NCBI GenBank assembly: GCA_002335405.1
Contig: DCWM01000033.1
Location: 1 to 38,363 of the forward strand
From: Dehalococcoidia bacterium UBA2162
GTDB lineage: Bacteria; Chloroflexota; Dehalococcoidia; Dehalococcoidales; UBA2162
Reading direction: 5' to 3'
DNA: 38,363 nucleotides
In this document: piece after piece, positions 32,525 to 38,363 of the stretch
Layout of the letters: the number at the start of each line of letters is the position of its first letter
How positions within the stretch are numbered: the first letter of the stretch is position 1
The notes under the pieces: generated by a model
Told to the model about the DNA's origin: nothing
What the model saw: only the letters and a program-made list of their open reading frames with translations
Databases searched by the model: none
Program-made: the position numbers and the translations under genes

Positions 32525-34438
32525 ATGACGAGATTGTTGGATGGAATCGACAGCCCGGCTGATTTGTTGGCGTTAGCTCCGGAGGAGCTTAAGCAATTAG
32601 CTCTGGAGATAAGAGAGGAGCTAGTCACTGTTGTTTCCACTAACGGCGGACATCTCGCCTCTAATTTAGGTGTGGTTGAGGTTACTTTGGCTCTGCATCG
32701 GGTGTTTGCCAGTCCGCGGGATAAGATTATCTGGGATGTTGGGCATCAGGCCTATACTCATAAATTACTTACCGGCAGGAAGAGTTACTTTAGCTCCCTG
32801 CGTCAATATGGAGGATTATCCGGTTTTACCTCTCGCGAAGAGAGCGAGCATGACCCGTTTGGAGCCGGTCATGCCAGTACCTCGATTTCAGCGGCGTTGG
32901 GTATGGCGGTCGCCCGTGACCTATCAGGTGATGACTATCATGTGGTGGCGGTTATCGGTGATGGGGCAATAGCGGGTGGGATGGCTTTTGAGGCCTTGAA
33001 TCAGGTTGGGCACCTCGGCGCTCGGCTCATTGTTGTCCTTAACGATAATGGTATGTCGATTGCGCCGACGGTCGGTGCTTTGGCCAAACTATTTGCTAAA
33101 GTACGGTTTGACCAGCGCTATGACTGGGCTAAGGAGCAAGGAAAGCGGTTGCTCAGTATTTTGCCCTTTGGTCGTCAGTTATGGCAGGTGGGTAAGCAGG
33201 TGGAGAGCGGTGTCAAAGGTTTAGTCATGGCGACTACTCTCTGGGAGGAACTGGGTTTTACCTATTTGGGGCCGGTTGATGGTCATAACCTTCGTGAACT
33301 TGAAGTGGCACTCACTCAGGTAAAGGATTATCGTTCAAAGCCGGTTCTGGTTCATGTGGTGACAACTAAGGGTAAGGGCTATCTTCCCGCCGAAGGGGAC
33401 GCCGTATATTTTCACGGTATACCGGCGAAGAGTGCCGGTAGAAAAGCGGCTCCAAGCTACAGTGAGATTTTTGCTCAGACGGCGCTTCGTCTGCTTCGGG
33501 ATGATCCTAGGGTGGTCGTAATTACACCGGCGATGCCGGAAGGTAATTGCTTGAGTATTGTCCAGGCTGAGTTTCCCCAGCGCGTTTTTGATGTTGGTAT
33601 CTGTGAACAGCACGCTGTTACCTTCGCCGCTGGTCTGGCGGCTCAGGGCTATCGGCCGATTGTCGCTATCTACTCGACTTTTCTACAGCGGGCTTTTGAC
33701 CAAATCATCCACGATGTTTGTCTTCAGGATTTACCAGTTACTTTCGCTATTGACCGGAGTGGTATCGTTGGTGATGATGGCAAAACTCATCAAGGTACCT
33801 TTGACTTCTCTTACCTTAGTTTGGTGCCAAACCTTGTTGTCTCCGCTCCTAAAGATGAGAATGAGCTGCAACATTTGTTCTTTACGGCAGTAAACCTTAC
33901 CCATCCTATGGCGATACGTTATCCTCGTGGTACCGGCTTGGGTGTGAGATTAGATGCCAAGCCACATTCGATGGATATTGGTCAGGGGGAGGTGTTAAGG
34001 AATGGGGAGGATGTTGTCATTCTTGCTATCGGGACGACCGTGACTCCGGCGCTTGGTGCCGCGCAGATATTGGCTTCAAATGGGATTGAGGCGACCGTAG
34101 TCAATAGCCGTTTTGCTAAGCCACTGGACGTAAAGTTGATAACGGGACTGGCTCGTCATATCAAGTATGTTGTTACCGTTGAGGAAAACACGCTTTGTGG
34201 TGGCTTTGGTAGTAATGTGACGGCTCTCCTGTCCCGACTAAAGTCGAAGTCGGGTGTTGAGAACCAGATCAAGAATCTAGGGCTACCCGATGAGTTTATT
34301 GGGCAGGGTGAACAAGCAATTCTCCATGCCAAATATGCTCTCGATGCACAAGGAATTGCTCGTGAGGTCAGGAATTTATTTCCCCAACAAGCATTCCAAT
34401 CTTTAGTGACGTTTGACCAAGCTGATTTGGTAGACTGA
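32525..34438 (+). CDS. dxs: 1-deoxy-D-xylulose-5-phosphate synthase
   Basis: GGHLASNLGVVE, DVGHQAY and GDGA..GMAFEALN thiamine-diphosphate motifs. 637 aa. Confidence 0.95.
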   Translation: MTRLLDGIDSPADLLALAPEELKQLALEIREELVTVVSTNGGHLASNLGVVEVTLALHRVFASPRDKIIWDVGHQAYTHKLLTGRKSYFSSLRQYGGLSGFTSREESEHDPFGAGHASTSISAALGMAVARDLSGDDYHVVAVIGDGAIAGGMAFEALNQVGHLGARLIVVLNDNGMSIAPTVGALAKLFAKVRFDQRYDWAKEQGKRLLSILPFGRQLWQVGKQVESGVKGLVMATTLWEELGFTYLGPVDGHNLRELEVALTQVKDYRSKPVLVHVVTTKGKGYLPAEGDAVYFHGIPAKSAGRKAAPSYSEIFAQTALRLLRDDPRVVVITPAMPEGNCLSIVQAEFPQRVFDVGICEQHAVTFAAGLAAQGYRPIVAIYSTFLQRAFDQIIHDVCLQDLPVTFAIDRSGIVGDDGKTHQGTFDFSYLSLVPNLVVSAPKDENELQHLFFTAVNLTHPMAIRYPRGTGLGVRLDAKPHSMDIGQGEVLRNGEDVVILAIGTTVTPALGAAQILASNGIEATVVNSRFAKPLDVKLITGLARHIKYVVTVEENTLCGGFGSNVTALLSRLKSKSGVENQIKNLGLPDEFIGQGEQAILHAKYALDAQGIAREVRNLFPQQAFQSLVTFDQADLVD

Positions 34439-34528
34439 GTATATTTTGGTTCACAATTAAGTGTGGGTCCGCTCCAGTAGGGTAACCAAGGGAGGTGGTG
34501 GGGGGATTTGAGTAGCTGAAGGAGACCG

Positions 34529-35746
34529 ATGAAGAAATTAACGGTAAGGGATGTTGATGTCGCCGGGAAAAAGGTTTTCGTCCGAGTGGATTTTAATGTT
34601 CCTATTGATGAGAACACCAGAACAGTTACCGACGAGGGACGTATACGAGCGACTCTACCTACAATTCAATATCTACTTGACTGCCGAGCTAAGATTATTC
34701 TTTGTTCCCATCTAGGTCGACCTGCTGGTAAGGTAGTCGAGACGTTGAGAATGACGATAGTTGCTCAGAGACTATCGCAAATACTAGGGCAAGCAGTGAG
34801 CATGGCTAAGGATTGTATTGGTACGGGAGTGGAGGAGTCGGTGGCAAATTTGGAAGAGGGGCAGGTCTTACTGCTGGAAAATGTTCGGTTTCACCCGGAA
34901 GAAGAGGTTGGGGCCTCGTCTTTTGCTCAAGCCTTGGCTAAGCTGGCTGATATCTATGTGAATGATGCTTTTGGAGCCTCTCATCGCCGCCATGCCTCTA
35001 TCGTCGGCATTACGGAATATTTACCTTCGGTGGCGGGATTGTTGCTCGAGAAAGAGATTGATACCTTGAACTATATCCTGGAGAATCCGGCTCACCCTTT
35101 TGCCGCATTGGTTGGGGGTGCTAATAGCGGTGATAAGATGGGTGCGCTGGGAAATATTATGAATAAAGTGGATTTTCTGCTCGTTGGTGGTGGTATGGCG
35201 GCACCCTTTCTGAAGGCCGAATCCTATGAGACGGGACAATCAATAGTGGAGACCGGCCGGTTGGATACTGCCGCTGGGTTAATTGATAAGGCGAGGAGAA
35301 ATGGGGTTCGTTTATTGTTCCCTATTGATGTCGTGGTGGCTGATGAAATGGGTGCCAGGGCTACAGGGGCAGTCGTGCCGGTAGGTAAGATTTTACCCCG
35401 GCACCGGATTGTGGATATCGGTTATAGGACAATCCAGAGCTTTAAAGAGGCGTTGTGTCGGTGCCAAACCGTTTTCTGGAATGGACCGGTGGGTATCTTC
35501 GAGTTGCCTCAATTCGCTGAAGGTACTAAAGCTATGGCGAATGAGTTAGCTTGCCTTAAGGCGACGACGGTTATCGGGGGTGGCTCGACCGCTGAGATTG
35601 TTGCTAGTTTGGGATTAACTGGTAAGATGACCTTTGTTTCTACCGGGGGCGGTGCTTCAATGCAATATTTAGGTAGTCAGAAGTTATCTGGAGTCGAAGT
35701 GCTGCTGGATAAAAACTCACCAGTAGCCGCTAAATTGAGAGGCTAG
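34529..35746 (+). CDS. pgk: Phosphoglycerate kinase
   Basis: VFVRVDFNVP, SHLGRP and FVSTGGGA motifs. Confidence 0.95.
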   Translation: MKKLTVRDVDVAGKKVFVRVDFNVPIDENTRTVTDEGRIRATLPTIQYLLDCRAKIILCSHLGRPAGKVVETLRMTIVAQRLSQILGQAVSMAKDCIGTGVEESVANLEEGQVLLLENVRFHPEEEVGASSFAQALAKLADIYVNDAFGASHRRHASIVGITEYLPSVAGLLLEKEIDTLNYILENPAHPFAALVGGANSGDKMGALGNIMNKVDFLLVGGGMAAPFLKAESYETGQSIVETGRLDTAAGLIDKARRNGVRLLFPIDVVVADEMGARATGAVVPVGKILPRHRIVDIGYRTIQSFKEALCRCQTVFWNGPVGIFELPQFAEGTKAMANELACLKATTVIGGGSTAEIVASLGLTGKMTFVSTGGGASMQYLGSQKLSGVEVLLDKNSPVAAKLRG

Positions 35747-35758
35747 TCGCTAGTAAAC

Positions 35759-36964
35759 ATGGTTAGTTTAGATTTACTGCAGTCGCTTTCGCTTGTCTCA
35801 CCAACTAAGATTATCTTGCTGGTTATTGATGGTCTGGGAGGATTACCTCGGCCAGAGACCGGTAAAACAGAGTTGGAGACGGCTAAGACGCCTAACCTGG
35901 ATAGATTGGCTGCCAGCGGTGTCTGCGGTCTCAGCGACCCGGTGGGTCCGGGCATAACCCCCGGTAGCTCGCCTGCCCACATGGCTTTGTTTGGTTATGA
36001 CCCGGTTATTTCTAATATTGGTCGGGGTGTTTTGGAGATTGTCGGTATTGATTTTGATCTGCAGCCGGGTGATGTCGTGGCTCGGGGTAACTTCTGTGCT
36101 GTGGATAAAGCAGGCTTAGTTAACGACCGGCGGGCAGGGCGTATCCCTAGCGAGAAATGTGTTGAGCTTTGCCGGTTACTCGATGGGTTGGTCATCGAGA
36201 ACGTGGAAATTCTGGTGCGCCCGGTGAGGGAACATCGCTTTGCCGTCGTATTTCGAGGTGAAGGGTTGAGCTCTGAGGTTAGCGACTCTGACCCACAGCA
36301 GATTGGAGCCCCACCTAAGATAGTTAGTGCCCTGGCTATTAAAGCCGCGAGAACCGCTCGTATTGCTAACCAATTTGTGGCGCAGGCGGAGGTAATTCTG
36401 GTCGGGCACTTCCCGGTAAATATGATTCTTCTGCGTGGTTTCTCCCAGCGACCCGTCTGGCCAACGATGGGCGAGATTTATAAACTCACGCCGGCCGCTG
36501 TTGTTAGCTATCCGATGTATCGCGGGTTAGCCCGGCTGGTGGGTATGGATGTCTTGTCTACAGGTAATGGTATTGAGGAGGAATTTCGGACGTTAATCCA
36601 GAACTATAAAAAATATGACTTTTTCTTCCTGCATATTAAAGGGGCGGACGCCGCTGGTGAAGACGGCGACTTTGACCGAAAAGTGGCAGTGATCGAGCAG
36701 GTTGACCAGGCTGTAACCGGATTAATCCGGTTACAGCCTGACGTTATTGTCGTTACCGGTGATCACTCGACACCAGCCTTGCTCCATGCCCACAGCTGGC
36801 ATCCGGTACCAGTGCTCTTATCCTCCCATTGGTGTCGTCCGGACGGGGTAAAAGAATTTTCCGAACTAGCCTGTATTGACGGTGGGCTGGGGCGGCTTCC
36901 GGCAACCAATATTATGTCCCTGGTGATGGCCCATGCCTTGAAGCTAAAAAAATTTGGAGCTTAG
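35759..36964 (+). CDS. apgM: 2,3-bisphosphoglycerate-independent phosphoglycerate mutase, archaeal type
   Basis: LLVIDGLGG, the FFFLHIKGAD.AGEDGD segment and VTGDHSTP. About 400 aa. Confidence 0.85.
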   Translation: MVSLDLLQSLSLVSPTKIILLVIDGLGGLPRPETGKTELETAKTPNLDRLAASGVCGLSDPVGPGITPGSSPAHMALFGYDPVISNIGRGVLEIVGIDFDLQPGDVVARGNFCAVDKAGLVNDRRAGRIPSEKCVELCRLLDGLVIENVEILVRPVREHRFAVVFRGEGLSSEVSDSDPQQIGAPPKIVSALAIKAARTARIANQFVAQAEVILVGHFPVNMILLRGFSQRPVWPTMGEIYKLTPAAVVSYPMYRGLARLVGMDVLSTGNGIEEEFRTLIQNYKKYDFFFLHIKGADAAGEDGDFDRKVAVIEQVDQAVTGLIRLQPDVIVVTGDHSTPALLHAHSWHPVPVLLSSHWCRPDGVKEFSELACIDGGLGRLPATNIMSLVMAHALKLKKFGA

Positions 36965-36985
36965 GAAGACTAATAAGAGAAATTA

Positions 36986-37741
36986 ATGCGTGTACCTCTG
37001 ATTGTCGGTAACTGGAAGATGCATACCACCATAGGTGAAGCGAGACAGTTGGTCAATGAAATGCGTCTCGGCCTGGACAAGATCGAAGGTGTCGAGAAAG
37101 TGATTTGCCCGCCCTTTGTTTCCTTGGCGGTAGTAAAGGAGCTGATTAAGGGGAGTTCTATAAAGCTTGGGGCACAGAATCTCTATTTTGCGGAGAAAGG
37201 GGCTTATACTGGGGAGGTTTCACCCTTAATGCTGGCGGATCTGTGCGAGTTTGTTATCATCGGACACTCGGAGCGGCGGCAATATTTCGGTGAGACTGAT
37301 AGCATAGTAAATAACAAACTGCGTGCTGCCTTTAAGGTTGGTCTCAAGACGATTTTATGTGTCGGGGAAAGGTTGGAAGAGAATGAGGCTGGAAAAACGA
37401 AGGAGGTGGTCACCGGTCAGCTAAAGTCATCTTTAGCCGGGCTAGACTATCCTCAGGATTTGGTGCTCGCCTACGAGCCGATTTGGGCTATTGGTACCGG
37501 CCGAGCTGCCACCGGTAGCAAAGCGAATGAGACGGTTAGTCTGATCCGTCAGCAGTTTGCTGAGTCGTACGGTAAAGAGAATGCCCGGGAGGTGCGGATT
37601 CTCTATGGCGGTAGTGTCACGACGGATAATATCGTCGAGTTTGTTGAACAAAGTGAGATTGACGGCGCCCTAGTCGGCGGTGCCAGTTTGAGGACCGACC
37701 AATTTGTGGGTATTGTTAAGCAGACATCAGAAATCAAGTGA
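36986..37741 (+). CDS. tpiA: Triosephosphate isomerase
   Basis: GNWKMH, IIGHSERR, AYEPIWAIGTG and GGASL motifs. Confidence 0.95.
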   Translation: MRVPLIVGNWKMHTTIGEARQLVNEMRLGLDKIEGVEKVICPPFVSLAVVKELIKGSSIKLGAQNLYFAEKGAYTGEVSPLMLADLCEFVIIGHSERRQYFGETDSIVNNKLRAAFKVGLKTILCVGERLEENEAGKTKEVVTGQLKSSLAGLDYPQDLVLAYEPIWAIGTGRAATGSKANETVSLIRQQFAESYGKENAREVRILYGGSVTTDNIVEFVEQSEIDGALVGGASLRTDQFVGIVKQTSEIK

Positions 37742-38363
37742 ATCGTCTAGTCGCTATCGTCGGCCCTACCGCCATTGGTAAAAGTCGACTGGCCCTCCGG
37801 TTGGCTCAAGACTTTAACGGCGAAATCGTCAATGCTGACAGTCGTCAGGTGTACCGCCGTATGGATATCGGTACGGCAAAGCCGAGTCAGTCAGAACAGA
37901 CTCTTATTTCCCATCATCTCCTTGATGTTGTTAACCCGGATGAAAATTATAGCCTAGCTCAATATCAGGGGTTGGCCTACCGAGTAATTAATGACATTCA
38001 GCAACGCGGTAAATTGGCTCTATTGGTCGGTGGTAGTGGGCTGTATGTCTGGGCAATGTTGGAAGGCTGGGTTATACCGCCAGTAGCCCCGGACTCGGAA
38101 TTCAGGAATAGTCTATTAGCCAGAGTAACTCTCGGTGAGGCGGGTTCGCTTTACCAAGAACTAGCGCAGATTGACCCGATAGCGGCGCAAAGAATTGACC
38201 CGCGTAATGTGCGGCGGGTGATTCGGGCTCTTGAGGTGTCGCGGCGCGCCGACATACCTTTTTCCGAGCTGCAACGGAAGAAGTCCCCACCCTTTAGCAG
38301 TCTTATCATCGGCCTTACCGCCGAACGGACTGAACTCTATCGTAGAATCGATGTCCGGATAGA
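37738..38363 (+). CDS. miaA: tRNA dimethylallyltransferase, 3'-truncated by window edge
   Basis: GTG at 37738 overlaps the tpiA stop by 4 nt. My own translation reads VNRLVAIVGPTAIGKSRLALRLAQDFNGEIVNADSRQVYRRMDIGTAKPS...LLVGGSGLY, stays open to the window end, and is not in the supplied ORF track. Confidence 0.9.
   Translation, partial: MNRLVAIVGPTAIGKSRLALRLAQDFNGEIVNADSRQVYRRMDIGTAKPSQSEQTLISHHLLDVVNPDENYSLAQYQGLAYRVINDIQQRGKLALLVGGSGLYVWAMLEGWVIPPVAPDSEFRNSLLARVTLGEAGSLYQELAQIDPIAAQRIDPRNVRRVIRALEVSRRADIPFSELQRKKSPPFSSLIIGLTAERTELYRRIDVRI

Overview
This 38.4-kb window is gene-dense, with about 40 CDS and one tRNA. It reads mainly as chromosomal core of an anaerobic bacterium. The gene content and order (dxs-pgk-archaeal-type apgM-tpiA-miaA, acetogen-type MetFV, rplI-dnaB, split FeoB) remind me of Dehalococcoidia/Chloroflexota-like genomes, but I cannot verify taxonomy without a database search.

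Gene order, left to right:
- a 5'-truncated, AT-rich flavodoxin-fold gene
- a translationally coupled feo operon: FeoB G-domain, FeoB membrane domain, a Cys-rich mini-protein and a DtxR-type repressor with a FeoA/SH3 tail. It sits behind an elaborate repeat/palindrome leader.
- DUF1015, glutaminyl cyclase, tRNA-Gly(CCC) and efp-epmA
- rplI-dnaB-dnaD-like, an internally duplicated DnaC/DnaI-like loader, and an HNH gene
- on the minus strand, a five-gene operon joining a NuoG-N-terminal-like polyferredoxin and NuoE-like and NuoF-like subunits to MetV and MetF
- a small Zn-ribbon gene followed by about 515 bp with no assignable feature
- coaE, a URO-D family gene, LmbE/PIG-L, MscS, queA, a PAP2-like membrane protein and an NDP-sugar pyrophosphorylase
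- prfA-prmC, an EF-G paralog, HIT, Nudix-GNAT-nadK, tyrA, dxs, pgk, apgM, tpiA and miaA (3'-truncated)

I saw no CRISPR array, transposase, integrase, phage structural genes or recognisable defence or toxin module. I therefore cannot point to a clear-cut novel system. The best leads are:
1. the MetFV operon with a dedicated NuoE/F/G-like flavin-FeS module
2. the covalently duplicated helicase-loader ATPase, whose start overlaps the dnaD-like gene by 80-83 nt
3. the duplicated promoter/hairpin units and the DtxR-box-like palindrome ahead of the split feoB
4. the strongly signalled orphan Zn-ribbon ORF and the unexplained non-coding gap after it

All functional calls rest on motif recognition by eye. 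None has been confirmed by HMM or BLAST.
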